From: an uncultured Saprospiraceae bacterium
Lineage (GTDB): Bacteria; Bacteroidota; Bacteroidia; Chitinophagales; Saprospiraceae
DNA length: 64,000 nucleotides
Assembly (NCBI GenBank): GCA_937894165.1
Contig: CALCSX010000173.1
Span: 1,056 to 65,055 of the forward strand
Direction: 5' to 3'
The notes beneath the pieces were generated by a model that saw only the letters and a program-made list of their open reading frames with translations, ran no database searches and was not told where the DNA came from. Made by a program: the position numbers and the translations under genes. Positions 1 to 10,963 of this stretch are shown here, piece after piece (within the stretch, counting starts at the first letter, position 1; each line of letters opens with the position of its first letter).

Positions 1-188
1 ATTTAAGTTGGTCAAATGACAGCTGATTGTCAACAGTGATCAGTAGAAATCAAATTTCCCGGAAAAAAGTAAAAAATAATATTAAAACTATTTTGACTAC
101 CTTTCGAATTATTTCAATATTAATGAAATGTTTAATAATAGCCAAATAGAACTTGAATAATTATAACGAATTTGTTGTTTAACCATTT

Positions 189-962
189 ATGAATAAATAT
201 TACAATTATGGTCGAGAAGCATTAAGAGTTGGGGGCATCAGCTTCTTCTTAACTTCTTTAAATTTTTACATTTTTAAAAAAGCACCGAAGGAGGATATTT
301 TAGTTGATAATCCAGTAATGGGTAAATATAAATGTAGAAAAGGAACCATAGATTTCATTTTTTCTTTCTTCAATTATGAATATAAAATTAAAAAGGAAAT
401 ATTAAGTAGAATTAATGAATTCGATACATTTATAGACATAGGAGCATGTATTGGGGATTACAGCATATGGTTGACGAAAAACAATATCAGATCTATTGCA
501 TTTGAACCTAATACAGATAATTTCCAAGCTTTACAAGAAAATATTTCTCTCAATAATCTAGAAGATAAAATTACAGTTTTAAACTATGGTTTAGGTGAAA
601 AGAATGAAACAATTTTTTTTAAAAGTCATCCTGAGAATAAAGGATATTCAGGTAAATATGTAGATCTGCCCAACGCTACAGAACATCAGGTTGACATCAA
701 AATTTTTGATGAGATATTCGTTGAGTTGGGACTTGACTATTCTCAGCACATTATTATCAAAATAGATGCGGAGGGTATGGAAGCTGAAATCATTGGTGGT
801 GCCATTCAATTCTTAAAAAATATTCGAAAGGCACTTATTATCTTTGAATCACATACCGGTGAAGATCTGATCCTTCAAAATCTAAGCAAAATAACAAAAT
901 ACAAGCTAATAGCTATAGACAACCTCAATAAAGGAGTTTTAATTGAAAATATCAATCCGTAA
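189..962 (+). CDS. FkbM-family SAM-dependent methyltransferase
   Basis: 257-aa ORF. 'FIDIGACIGDYSIWL', 'AFEPNTDNFQALQENISLN' and 'IIKIDAEGMEAEIIGG' are the characteristic blocks of FkbM-type methyltransferases. Confidence 0.7.
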   Translation: MNKYYNYGREALRVGGISFFLTSLNFYIFKKAPKEDILVDNPVMGKYKCRKGTIDFIFSFFNYEYKIKKEILSRINEFDTFIDIGACIGDYSIWLTKNNIRSIAFEPNTDNFQALQENISLNNLEDKITVLNYGLGEKNETIFFKSHPENKGYSGKYVDLPNATEHQVDIKIFDEIFVELGLDYSQHIIIKIDAEGMEAEIIGGAIQFLKNIRKALIIFESHTGEDLILQNLSKITKYKLIAIDNLNKGVLIENINP

Positions 963-970
963 AACACAGT

Positions 971-3955
971 TTAATTTACTATCATTTTCAGTGATATAAT
1001 CTCTTCATCATTACAAATTTGCAACAAGTAGAAACCGGGCATTTCCGGAACGGTAACATTTGGACTCTCAAGAGTTTCTTGTTTAACAATTTTTCCATTA
1101 ATATCAATAATATTAATACTTTCAAAATTTGACAGATTACCTAATATTTTTACTACAGCACCGGGTCTAAGAGGATTTGGAGAAATTAATATTGGATTCA
1201 CTTTGTCTATTTCATTTGAATTTGACTGTAGCTCAATAATGAAATCATAGGTATAAATGCAATTATTATCGTCTATGATACTCAATTCGTAATTCCCGGC
1301 TGCTAGATTAATAATAGAATCCAAATTTGACCCTGTCGACCACTCAAGACGATAAGGTGGCAAACCGCCAACTATTGTGTCTACGACTATAGCTCCCTCT
1401 CCCATTCCCTTATCAGAGAAAATTCGACTTGCAAGAGATACAGAATCAAGCACGGTTAAATTCAATGTGCGGATAGAATCACAATTTTCTATATTCTCAA
1501 ATACATCAACATAAGTACCGGAAATATTATAAGAGTCAAGTGACACACCATAGCACAGCACTGTATCAATAGTCATATTCGATGTTGGGTTCACATGAAG
1601 AGTAAGTCTAAAGGTGGTATCGCATCCGTTTTCTTCTGACCTAGAATAAATATAGTCGCCCGGATCAGTAAAACCGAAATATTCTTCACCTTCACAAATA
1701 CTAATGTTCTCAAAAATAGGTGATATGCTGTCTAAACGAATTAACTTAATATTACTAGAAGTTATGACTAAATAATTTTCATACAAATGTGAAATTCTTT
1801 CTGAAAGCTTTGTTAAATAATATGGGATTTGGATATTCTCATGAAAAGAAAATAATTCCAGATTCTGTTTTTGTAAAAACAATGTACTATCTAATTCTCT
1901 ATAAAATATATTTTCATTATTATTGTTGAACACATCATCTTTAACCCAGTTTAACCCTTCATCATAACTCCGGTAATATTCCAAAACATTAATAGCCCGA
2001 ATGAAAAACACCCCCTTATCAATAAATAATTTATTAGCAAAGGGTAAAAAATTAGTATTCGATCTAGTCCAACTCATACCATCATCTTTACTAATATACA
2101 AATGATAAGGTGCGTATTGTTGAAGAAACCAATATCCATCAAGCTCTCTAATAGTATGAAGAGAAACGCCATTGGGCCCGCTCTCAAAGTCTAAATTTAA
2201 AATTTCCCAGGTACTACCTGAATCTATACTCCTTAGCAAAGAATCCCCGGAAATTCTATGTAATGTACCCGTTTCTTCAGACGCCACCGGAAGTTTAGAC
2301 CATTCCAATTTCACCCATGTCCAGCTTTCTTGATCTAATTTATATGTACCTTTATTAGATGCTACATATAATTCATTCATGATTTTTGTAAACCCTATAA
2401 TTATTTCTGTTTCACCTGACAATTCTCCGCCTGTGATAGGATCCGGGAAAGAAACTATTTTCTCAAAGCTTTTATTGATATCGTTAAATTTATAGATATG
2501 GAAATTTGAATTAGCCCAAAGTTCATCATTAATTACGATAGAAGTTTTATGACTTGATCCATCTAAATAAGCGTCGAAATAGTGGTTAGTGATTTTCTTT
2601 TCACCTTCATAATTACTCTCAATAGAAGGTGTGGTTTTCAAAACAATTCTTCGAATTTGAAACCCGGTACAACTTTCGGGATCAGGAAATGTATCGAGAT
2701 AATTACCGGGTTCGGAATAGCCATGTATGGTAGTTCCTTCACAAATTGTAGTATCGATAAAGACTCTTTTAGAGTTAATATCTTTAATAAAAGGATAAGT
2801 GGTTAACAAAGTCCCCGCATTATTTCTACTTTCATTTCCTAATATACGACCATTATGGTGTGTGTATTCCCCCGAATAAGGATGCATTGTATTGCTGAAA
2901 GTAAAAACCCTATTGGAATAATCCATTAATGTAGACACATTTGACCCCGGAACACCATCCAATATCGTACTATAGCCTTTGGAAGTGGAGAGAAATCCGC
3001 CCGAAGAAGACGCATGTGGGCCATGACCAAAACCTAAATTATGTCCTAGTTCATGGCAGAAAGTTTGAAAACTTATAATGGAAGCATTATGCAGTTTTTC
3101 TCTTGTTAATCCGAAAGAAATAGCCTGTCCTACAGGTGGTCCGACGTAATCTATTAAAAAAGACGTAATATGTATACAATTGTCCTCTTCCAACTCTCTG
3201 AATTGTGCTAAGTTTCCTGAGTAAGATGACACTGCCCCTAAGGCATGAGGAATTGAGTTCACATTGTACACCACGTCTTTGACTAGAGCAAGGCGACAAA
3301 ATCCCGGAACACCGCTGTTTTCTAAGGTTAGATTCATATACGATATAGCCACATTGCTCCACATAAAAAGTGCTGTATCTCCCTGGATGTTAAGATAATT
3401 TTCGACACGACTTTTTCCTTCCTCATTAAAAATCATCATTATATTTAATGAGTCACTAAAATCCTCCTCTGATCTTTCACCTATTTTGTTTTTAAAATCA
3501 TCAAAATTTATTCCGCTATCTACTGTCTTGCAATCAGTTTCCTTCCATATTTCCTCCATCCAAATTAAATTCCCGTTTAAAAAAGAAATGAGATAATTAT
3601 CCCAGCCATTTCTAGAGAAAGTAGCAAAATAATTGTCTCCTGATTTGGCTAACAAAAATTCTGAGCTTGCAAAATTGACAACATCATAAATTTTCACTTC
3701 TCCACCATTGTAGTGTTTGTCACATTTTCGAAATTGAAGATGTAAACTCAAATCATCGTTCAACTCTAAAATATAAATACCCCTATCATTAGTCTCGGAA
3801 AATAAATTAATAAGATCAGTTTTATTTAAATTTGTTGTTTGAACATGATGACCGGCGGTCTCTTGACTTATCAAATTAAAGGAACAAAAAAATAATAAAA
3901 TTACAAGGAAGAGTCTAAGGGATTCCATAGAATTAGTTTTATTGTGGGGTAACAA
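971..3955 (-). CDS. Secreted multidomain zinc metalloprotease (metzincin) with Asp-box repeats, a SprB repeat and a T9SS C-terminal sorting domain
   Basis: 994-aa ORF. A signal-peptide-like 'MESLRLFLVILLFFCSFNLISQ' suggests the true start may be Met10 at 3928. 'HELGHNLGFGH' (nt 3023-3055) is the HExxHxxGxxH motif. Three Asp-boxes are present: 'SIDSGSTW', 'SKDDGMSW' and 'SYDEGLNW'. 'GGLPPYRLEWSTG...AGNYELSIIDDNNC' is SprB-repeat-like. The C-terminus 'ISPNPLRPG...INIIDINGKIV...GFYLLQI...KMIVN' is T9SS CTD-like. Confidence 0.75.
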   Translation of the reverse strand: MLPHNKTNSMESLRLFLVILLFFCSFNLISQETAGHHVQTTNLNKTDLINLFSETNDRGIYILELNDDLSLHLQFRKCDKHYNGGEVKIYDVVNFASSEFLLAKSGDNYFATFSRNGWDNYLISFLNGNLIWMEEIWKETDCKTVDSGINFDDFKNKIGERSEEDFSDSLNIMMIFNEEGKSRVENYLNIQGDTALFMWSNVAISYMNLTLENSGVPGFCRLALVKDVVYNVNSIPHALGAVSSYSGNLAQFRELEEDNCIHITSFLIDYVGPPVGQAISFGLTREKLHNASIISFQTFCHELGHNLGFGHGPHASSSGGFLSTSKGYSTILDGVPGSNVSTLMDYSNRVFTFSNTMHPYSGEYTHHNGRILGNESRNNAGTLLTTYPFIKDINSKRVFIDTTICEGTTIHGYSEPGNYLDTFPDPESCTGFQIRRIVLKTTPSIESNYEGEKKITNHYFDAYLDGSSHKTSIVINDELWANSNFHIYKFNDINKSFEKIVSFPDPITGGELSGETEIIIGFTKIMNELYVASNKGTYKLDQESWTWVKLEWSKLPVASEETGTLHRISGDSLLRSIDSGSTWEILNLDFESGPNGVSLHTIRELDGYWFLQQYAPYHLYISKDDGMSWTRSNTNFLPFANKLFIDKGVFFIRAINVLEYYRSYDEGLNWVKDDVFNNNNENIFYRELDSTLFLQKQNLELFSFHENIQIPYYLTKLSERISHLYENYLVITSSNIKLIRLDSISPIFENISICEGEEYFGFTDPGDYIYSRSEENGCDTTFRLTLHVNPTSNMTIDTVLCYGVSLDSYNISGTYVDVFENIENCDSIRTLNLTVLDSVSLASRIFSDKGMGEGAIVVDTIVGGLPPYRLEWSTGSNLDSIINLAAGNYELSIIDDNNCIYTYDFIIELQSNSNEIDKVNPILISPNPLRPGAVVKILGNLSNFESINIIDINGKIVKQETLESPNVTVPEMPGFYLLQICNDEEIISLKMIVN

Positions 3956-4151
3956 AAAATAAAATTACAGTTTTAAACTGCTATAAATTTAGAAAATCTT
4001 TGTTGTAAAAAGAAATAATGCTTTTAATTTCAAAGGATCAATCGAAAATAAAATTATAAGCATGGTATTTCTAATACCGCGATAGTTATAAATAAAACTG
4101 TATTTAAATTGAATCTATATTAGTTGTAAAATAAATTTTAAAAATATATTT

Positions 4152-4808
4152 ATGAATTTTACTAAAGAAGAACTCTCGGAAATGGAAAGCCAATTAGCAT
4201 GTCCTACCGGTGAGAATGGAGTTCGAATGGCTGAAATGATGAATCAATCTAATCTTGGAATGATTCTAAAAACTATAGAACTTTTGGAACTTAAAAACTC
4301 AGATACCATCATCGAAATCGATCCGGGGAATGGTATTCATCTACCTGAACTTCTCAATAAAGTTGAAAATTTGACTTATTCAGGCTTAGAGATTTCTCCA
4401 ACTATGCTCAATGAGGCTAAGCGTATAAATAACCAATATATTTTGAATGGGAAAATTGATTTCTCCTTATATGATGGTCTTCATCTGCCTAAAGAAAGGA
4501 TTTTTGACAAATTTTTCACCGTCAACACGTTATATTTCTGGCAAGATCCTTTACACTTTTTAAATCAAATTCATGAAATATTGAAAGAGGGAGGGCTTTG
4601 CGCAATTGCCTTCGCTCAAAAAAGGTTTATGAAGGATTTACCTTTCGTACATCAGAAATTCACGCTTTACGATAATGAAGATTTCTCACAACTTGTCCAA
4701 TCAAGTAAATTTACTGCATTTGAAATAAGAGATTTTATTGAAGAGGTAATAAGTAAGGATCAACAAAAAGTCCAAAGAGAATATTCTGTAGCTTTGCTGT
4801 CGAGGTAA
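4152..4808 (+). CDS. Class I SAM-dependent methyltransferase
   Basis: 218-aa ORF with the motif I-like segment 'IIEIDPGNG' and the spacing of a small Methyltransf_11/25-like fold. Substrate unknown. Confidence 0.55.
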   Translation: MNFTKEELSEMESQLACPTGENGVRMAEMMNQSNLGMILKTIELLELKNSDTIIEIDPGNGIHLPELLNKVENLTYSGLEISPTMLNEAKRINNQYILNGKIDFSLYDGLHLPKERIFDKFFTVNTLYFWQDPLHFLNQIHEILKEGGLCAIAFAQKRFMKDLPFVHQKFTLYDNEDFSQLVQSSKFTAFEIRDFIEEVISKDQQKVQREYSVALLSR

Positions 4809-4844
4809 AATGAATAAATTACCCTTTTCCTATAAAAATCACCC

Positions 4845-5843
4845 ATGAAAATATTGATCGTTAATGACACTAAAATTCCCGCTTTTCTCTATGGTGGCAC
4901 AGAAAGAGTAATTTGGGATTTAGGAAAGGAACTTTCAAAACTAGGTCATGAAATATACTATTTAGTAAAGCATGGCTCTGAATGCCCATTTGCCACTGTA
5001 ATTTCAATAAAAGAAGATATCGATATTCTTCAACAAATTCCTGATTTTATTGATATTGTTCACTTCAATTTTACGCCTAAAAATATTGAAGATTTCTCTA
5101 AGCCTTACCTCATTACTATCCATGGGAACGCCGGAGATGATAGAATTTTTAATTTAAATTCTGTATTCGTTTCGAAAAATCATGCTACCAATTACGGATC
5201 GAATTCCTTTGTTCACAATGGGCTGGATTGGGATAATTATGACAAACCTGAACTTAATAGCAGAAAAAATCATTTTCATTTCCTGGGCAAAGCAGCATGG
5301 CGGGTGAAAAATGTGCAAGGCGCTATCGATATCATCAATAATTTGAAAGGAGAGAAATTAATAGTGATGGGCGGCAACAGGTTTAACTTTAAAATGGGAA
5401 TAAGATTAACTTTCTCCCCAAAAGTTAAATTCTATGGCATGATAGGGGGGCGGGCAAAATCTCAATTGCTAAATAGCTCGAAAGGATTGATCTTTCCGGT
5501 TCGATGGCATGAACCATTCGGCTTGGCTATTATTGAAAGTTTATTTTATGGGGCTCCGGTATTTGGCACCCCCTACGGCTCGCTCCCTGAATTAGTACCT
5601 AAAGAGCTGGGATTTTTATCCAATAAACAATGGGAAATAGAAGCCGAAATGAATAATTTAGACAAATATTCTCCTAGACAGTGTCATGAATATGTTCTTG
5701 AAAATTTTAACAGCAAAAAAATGGCCCACGCTTATTTATCTAAATATGAGATAGTACTTTCAGGGCTTACATTAAACGAAAAAACTCCACAATTACAACA
5801 AATTCAGACGTCGAAATTTTTGGAGTGGAAAAGCAGACCTTAA
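4845..5843 (+). CDS. Glycosyltransferase (GT-B fold, family 4/1-like)
   Basis: 332-aa ORF. 'YGGTERVIWDLGKEL' is a typical N-terminal GT4 block. 'HEPFGLAIIESLFYGAPVFGTPYGSLPELV' is the E-x7-E C-terminal signature. Confidence 0.65.
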   Translation: MKILIVNDTKIPAFLYGGTERVIWDLGKELSKLGHEIYYLVKHGSECPFATVISIKEDIDILQQIPDFIDIVHFNFTPKNIEDFSKPYLITIHGNAGDDRIFNLNSVFVSKNHATNYGSNSFVHNGLDWDNYDKPELNSRKNHFHFLGKAAWRVKNVQGAIDIINNLKGEKLIVMGGNRFNFKMGIRLTFSPKVKFYGMIGGRAKSQLLNSSKGLIFPVRWHEPFGLAIIESLFYGAPVFGTPYGSLPELVPKELGFLSNKQWEIEAEMNNLDKYSPRQCHEYVLENFNSKKMAHAYLSKYEIVLSGLTLNEKTPQLQQIQTSKFLEWKSRP

Positions 5844-5912
5844 AGTTTGTGATTAAAATATTAAATTCTGAAAATCTTGTTGTTGAAATCAACAATAATT
5901 TGAATTTAAAAT

Positions 5913-6839
5913 TTAGTTCTTCGAAATTAAATAACCGTGGCTAATAGCCAATTCTTTGGAGCTATAAGATTTAAATTTGCTATCCAAATTGATCCGGTTC
6001 AATAAGTCGATATCCCCATCTCGTATCTCTTCATGCACAATTGTAATTCCGAGTTGATTATACATAGCTATATAATCTTTAAAACGCAACCTATTCTGTG
6101 GTTGTATTCCATTATCGATCCAGCCCCACTGCGATTCACTAAATTGTAAAAAATTATAAATATTAATGGATTTATCGAAATGAGCAAAATGATCGCTCAT
6201 ATCGATAAAATGACTCATCACTCCATTATTTTTGAGAACTCTTTTAAATTCACGAAGTATACCTACAAGTATTTCTTCAGGAATATGCTCAAAGGTATTA
6301 TTTGAACAGATAAAATCGTAAGTTCCATCTCTACAATCCATCTTTCTCGCGTCCCCTATCACAAAATTGAATTCAAGAGAATCGATGATTTCATTCAAGG
6401 AAAGTTGATCTCTATTTTCATAAATATTCATGAGCTTTTCCCATTTCTCCGGCTTGATTTGAAGAAATTTTGCAACTTTACCATTCTCTTTCCATTCTAC
6501 AAATTTCTCAATAGTAATGACAAACCTATCCTTAGTTAACCAATTTTGTGTATCAATTGAGCTAATTCTATTTTCCCCGATCAAATAAAGTGAAAGCGGC
6601 ACAATGGGATACCAGCCTGTGCCTAATTCAAGAATTTCCGCCTGTGATGATCCCTCCTCTTTGAACTTATTAAAATAATCGATATGGTCTTTTACGGCAA
6701 TTAGCTTTAATTCAAAATATTCATCATTTAACAATACTCCCTTTGTCACATACTTTTGGAATAGATAATTGATTTTCTCCTTTTGGGGCAGATAAGAAAT
6801 AGTCTTTTGTACTATTGCCTTAAGAATCCATTTTTTCAT
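5913..6839 (-). CDS. Class I SAM-dependent methyltransferase
   Basis: 308-aa ORF. 'ILELGTGWYP' is a glycine-rich SAM loop. 'YDFICSNNTFEHIPEE' and 'LKNNGVMSHFID' are post-I/II/III-like blocks. Confidence 0.55.
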   Translation of the reverse strand: MKKWILKAIVQKTISYLPQKEKINYLFQKYVTKGVLLNDEYFELKLIAVKDHIDYFNKFKEEGSSQAEILELGTGWYPIVPLSLYLIGENRISSIDTQNWLTKDRFVITIEKFVEWKENGKVAKFLQIKPEKWEKLMNIYENRDQLSLNEIIDSLEFNFVIGDARKMDCRDGTYDFICSNNTFEHIPEEILVGILREFKRVLKNNGVMSHFIDMSDHFAHFDKSINIYNFLQFSESQWGWIDNGIQPQNRLRFKDYIAMYNQLGITIVHEEIRDGDIDLLNRINLDSKFKSYSSKELAISHGYLISKN

Positions 6840-7014
6840 AATTTCAATCTCAATATTTTTCTAAAAGGGAAATGTTCAGCTCCCTTGAACGATTTAACAT
6901 TTATAATCTCACCTAATCAACCTTCAATGCATCCTATAAATGAGAAAAGAGCAGTAAAATTGGTGAAATTTAACGGACAATTCTAATGAAAGTCAGCTCA
7001 TTTAAAATTTTTCT

Positions 7015-7806
7015 TTAAAGTACCTTCCATGATCTTTTCTCCAATCCCATACTGAATAATGCATAATCATATTTGACCGGGTCTTCTGCATCCATTTCCC
7101 GTAATCTGTCCGTTAGTTCAATGACAGTATGCCAATCCCTTTGTTTTCTCTGAATGAGCCCCAACTCTCTGCTCACCTTCTCGACATGTACATCAAAAGG
7201 TATAAGCAGTTGAGAAGGTTTTATACTTTTCCACAAGCCGAAGTCCACCCCTCTCCCATCAACTCTTACCATCCACCGAAGGAACATAAGAATCCTTTTG
7301 CATGTCGATTTTTTGGCTGGGCTTGAAACGTGCTTCAGCGTTCTTTCCGGTGCATAATCACAGTTGAAAAAATGATTGCGAAATCCAATCAAAATGTCAC
7401 TCATTGGGATTTCACCTTTCAACTTTGGCATGAAAGCAGATTCTAAACTTTCGTTTTCAGAATAATGACGCTTGAAAAAATCGGCAAAGTAGAGCGTGTC
7501 AGTACCTTGAAATGTGCGATGGACGAATTTCTCCAACGGTCTTTTCTCTTCCTCCTGGGCATTCATTAGGAAATCATAAGGGCTATTGTCCATCATTTCA
7601 AACAATTGCTTAGCTTTATTGATGATGGTCACTCTTTGTCCCCATGAAAGAATGGCAGTCCAAAAAGCGGTAATTTCAATATCCTGTAATTTAGAATAGG
7701 AATGAGGAATACTAATAGGATCATTGACAATAAAATCCATCTTATTGTATTGTAAATATTTCTCTTCTAAAAGCTTCTTGACACTTTCCATAATAAAATA
7801 GGACAA
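7015..7806 (-). CDS. TIGR02757/DUF2400-family protein (HhH-GPD-like fold, function unknown)
   Basis: 263-aa ORF. 'KRILMFLRWMVRVDGRGVDFGLWKSIKPSQLLIPFDVHV' and 'DPVKYDYALFSMG' match my memory of the conserved DUF2400 blocks. This was recalled, not searched. Confidence 0.5.
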   Translation of the reverse strand: MSYFIMESVKKLLEEKYLQYNKMDFIVNDPISIPHSYSKLQDIEITAFWTAILSWGQRVTIINKAKQLFEMMDNSPYDFLMNAQEEEKRPLEKFVHRTFQGTDTLYFADFFKRHYSENESLESAFMPKLKGEIPMSDILIGFRNHFFNCDYAPERTLKHVSSPAKKSTCKRILMFLRWMVRVDGRGVDFGLWKSIKPSQLLIPFDVHVEKVSRELGLIQRKQRDWHTVIELTDRLREMDAEDPVKYDYALFSMGLEKRSWKVL

Positions 7807-7864
7807 TGAAAATTCACTGTCCCAATTTAATTTATTAATAATGATTTATGAAAGTAAAAGCTAT

Positions 7865-10800
7865 TTATTCAGCCTTACCTTTCACCATATTTATTTCATA
7901 ACCTTCAATAACGTCCCCAACTTTCAGGTCGTTGAAGTTTTTGATATTTAAACCACACTCCATACCACCTCTAACTTCTTTCACATCATCCTTGTAACGT
8001 TTCAATGAAGCTAATTCTCCAACTACTCCCTCTTTCGTAGGATAAATAACGATTCCATCACGGATAACTCGTACGTAAGAGTTTCTCAATATTTTACCTT
8101 CATCGACTAAGCAACCTGCAATAGTTCCCACTTTAGAAATCTTGAATACTTCACGTACAGATAACTGCCCGATAATTTTCTCCTCCTTCGTAGGTTCAAG
8201 CATACCCTCGATAGCCAATTTAATCTCTTCGATTGCTTGGTAAATAATACTGTAAGTTTTAATCTGTACGCCTTCTTTTTCTGCCAGTTGTCTAGCATTC
8301 GAAGATGGTCGAACTTGGAAACCTACTATGATAGCATCCGATGCTGAGGCCAAAAGAATATCAGATTCGATTATTTGACCTACTGCCTTGTGGATAACAT
8401 TCACCTGTACTTTCTCGATTGATAATTTCATTAAAGCATCTGATAATGCCTCGATGGAACCATCCACGTCACCTTTCACGATAAGGTTAAGTTCTTTAAA
8501 TGTACCCAAAGCCAATCGTCGTCCGATTTCATCTAGGGATATTCGTTTAGAAGCTCTGTTAGCCTGCTCTCGCATAATCTGGCCACGCTTAGCAGCTATT
8601 GCTCTTGCATCTGAATCGCTCGCCATTATCTTAAACAACTCTCCTGCCTGAGGCGCTCCGCTTAAGCCTAGAATCAAAACCGGTGTTGCAGGACCTGCTT
8701 CAGTCACCCGCATTCCTCTTTCGTTAAACATAGCTTTGACCTTACCGCTTGTCTCACCCACTAACATGGCATCGCCTATTTTCAATGTACCATTCTGTAC
8801 CAATGCCTTCGCTACATAACCCCTGCCTTTATCCAAAGAAGCTTCAAGAATAGTACCTATCGCACCTCTCTTTGGATTAGCCTTAAGGTCTAATATCTCA
8901 GCTTCAAGCAATATTTTCTCAAGTAATAACTCAATATTTAAGCCATCTTTAGCAGAAATATCCTGCGACTGGTATTTTCCACCCCACTCTTCCACCAATA
9001 AGTTCATAGCAGCAAGTTCCTGCTTAATTCTATTCGGATCTGCTCCTTCTTTATCTATTTTGTTAATAGCGAATATCATAGGCACTCCCGCAGCTTGCGC
9101 ATGAGAGATCGCCTCCTTCGTCTGTGGCATTATATTATCATCTGCCGCAATAATTATTATAGCTACATCCGTCACCTTCGCACCCCTGGCTCTCATCGCA
9201 GTAAATGCTTCGTGACCCGGTGTATCTAAAAACGTGATTTTCTTGTGATCAGGACCTACAATAACTTCATAAGCTCCAATATGCTGGGTAATTCCACCCG
9301 CCTCACCGGTAGCTACACTCGCCTTTCTGATAAAATCCAATAAAGATGTCTTACCGTGATCCACGTGTCCCATTACAGTTACTATCGGTGCTCTTTCAAC
9401 CAATGTTGATGGATCGTCCGGTTCCTCTTCTTCTAAAAGGTCAGCCTGGTCTTCAGCACTGACAAATTTTACTTCTTTATCAAATTCAGAAGCTATTAAC
9501 TCAATAATTTCAGCATCCAATCGCTGGTTGATCGAAACAATTACTCCTAAATTCATACAAGTCATGATAACTTGTGAGGAGTTTATATTCAATAAGCTGG
9601 CCAACTCAGAAACTGTGATAAATTCAGTCAATTCTATTATCTGATCATCCTCTAAATTATCAGCTGCTTCCTGCTTTTCTCGGTGCTTCTCTCTATTATC
9701 TTTTCTTAGTTTAGACCTCTTGCTCTTTCCTCCACCGGAAAGTCTGGCCATCGTAGCCTTGATTTGTTCTTCGATCTCTTTTTGACTAACTTCTTGTTTG
9801 TCCGTTTCACCGGGCTTCTTAGCTGTTTTACCACCGGTGGCAGCAGGTCTTTGAGGTCCTCCCCTTCGATCACCACCGCCTTGCTGGGTAGTATCACCCG
9901 GACGGTTAGTAACAACAGTGACTTTTTTACGCTTGCGCTTCTTCCGTGCATCGTCAATCTTGCTTGCATCAGTCTTTTCTGAAGGCTTGACATTCTCAGC
10001 TTTTGCAGATGTGTCGACAGGCTTTTTCTTCTTCCCGCCCATAGCGGAAGCATCAATCTTGCCCAATATACTCAAACCCTTCAATTGAGGGACTTTAGTT
10101 ACATGGACATTATCAACTTCTTCTTCAGCTTTTGGAGCTTCCTCTTTTATAACTTCCGGCTTCTCTGTTATTTCCGGCTTATTCTTTGAACCTTCATCAG
10201 AGGTTTCCTTTTTTGTTTCTGTCTCTTTAGCTTCGCTTTCTTTAGCGGAAACATCTTCTTGTTTAGGTTCAGCCTTCTTAGGTCGCTTGGGCGACAAGTC
10301 AATTTTACCGACTATTTTTAAACCCGGCGTATTCGACTTGACCTTTTCCTTCGCCTCTTCATCTACTTTTTCTTCTTTTACAGATTTGTCTACCTCCGGA
10401 GTTTCAGGTTCAGTGGTTTTTTCCTCAGCAACCTCTTCCTTTTTAGTTTCTGGAGTAATTTGTTCCGATTCAACTTCATCTTGTTTTTCGGCCGAAGTGC
10501 TATCGACAACAGTTTCCTCGGTAGGAGAAACTTCTTCTTCTTTTTCCTTGACGACTGACTCTTCAGATGCCTTTTTAGATTTCGCTTTTAAAAGTTCTTC
10601 TAATGCAGAACGTTTTTTATCGGGCTGTGGAGAGGTTTCCTTCTTCGCCTCTTCAGTTTCAGAATGAGATCGAGATGATCCGATTACGATCTGGTCAGCC
10701 TTTTCTTTAACAGCAAGGGAGCCCTTGAACTCCATTAGGAGCACAGTATACATATCCTCTGTAACAGTAAAGTTGGGCTTGTTTTCGACTTCGAATCCTT

Positions 10801-10876
10801 TAGAACTTAGATGGTCTACAATACTTGACAAACCAACATTCAGTTCCTTAGCAACTTTAATTAATTTTCTACTCAT
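7865..10876 (-). CDS. infB: Translation initiation factor IF-2
   Basis: 1003-aa ORF. It has a K/E-rich N-terminal region followed by the GTPase blocks '[16 protein letters not shown]', 'DTPGHEAF' and 'NKIDK'. It lies downstream of nusA. Confidence 0.97.
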   Translation of the reverse strand: MSRKLIKVAKELNVGLSSIVDHLSSKGFEVENKPNFTVTEDMYTVLLMEFKGSLAVKEKADQIVIGSSRSHSETEEAKKETSPQPDKKRSALEELLKAKSKKASEESVVKEKEEEVSPTEETVVDSTSAEKQDEVESEQITPETKKEEVAEEKTTEPETPEVDKSVKEEKVDEEAKEKVKSNTPGLKIVGKIDLSPKRPKKAEPKQEDVSAKESEAKETETKKETSDEGSKNKPEITEKPEVIKEEAPKAEEEVDNVHVTKVPQLKGLSILGKIDASAMGGKKKKPVDTSAKAENVKPSEKTDASKIDDARKKRKRKKVTVVTNRPGDTTQQGGGDRRGGPQRPAATGGKTAKKPGETDKQEVSQKEIEEQIKATMARLSGGGKSKRSKLRKDNREKHREKQEAADNLEDDQIIELTEFITVSELASLLNINSSQVIMTCMNLGVIVSINQRLDAEIIELIASEFDKEVKFVSAEDQADLLEEEEPDDPSTLVERAPIVTVMGHVDHGKTSLLDFIRKASVATGEAGGITQHIGAYEVIVGPDHKKITFLDTPGHEAFTAMRARGAKVTDVAIIIIAADDNIMPQTKEAISHAQAAGVPMIFAINKIDKEGADPNRIKQELAAMNLLVEEWGGKYQSQDISAKDGLNIELLLEKILLEAEILDLKANPKRGAIGTILEASLDKGRGYVAKALVQNGTLKIGDAMLVGETSGKVKAMFNERGMRVTEAGPATPVLILGLSGAPQAGELFKIMASDSDARAIAAKRGQIMREQANRASKRISLDEIGRRLALGTFKELNLIVKGDVDGSIEALSDALMKLSIEKVQVNVIHKAVGQIIESDILLASASDAIIVGFQVRPSSNARQLAEKEGVQIKTYSIIYQAIEEIKLAIEGMLEPTKEEKIIGQLSVREVFKISKVGTIAGCLVDEGKILRNSYVRVIRDGIVIYPTKEGVVGELASLKRYKDDVKEVRGGMECGLNIKNFNDLKVGDVIEGYEINMVKGKAE

Positions 10877-10963
10877 TCTAATTTTTTTCCTATTGAAGGA
10901 ATTTAATCCTCCTCAACTTAATATATAACATTTACTTATTAACAACTTAATTTAAAGAAGATA

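Noticed and set aside
3087-3362. 91-aa and 74-aa (2582-2806) ORFs nested within the 994-aa protease gene
   Set aside because: They are alternative-frame or antisense ORFs inside a long ORF with clear domain content. They have no supporting features.
10287-10667. 126-aa Ser/Phe-rich ORF antisense to the IF-2 N-terminal region. Related cases are 9706-10056 and 9764-9982.
   Set aside because: They mirror the K/E-rich low-complexity coding repeat of infB. The sense frame is unambiguous IF-2.
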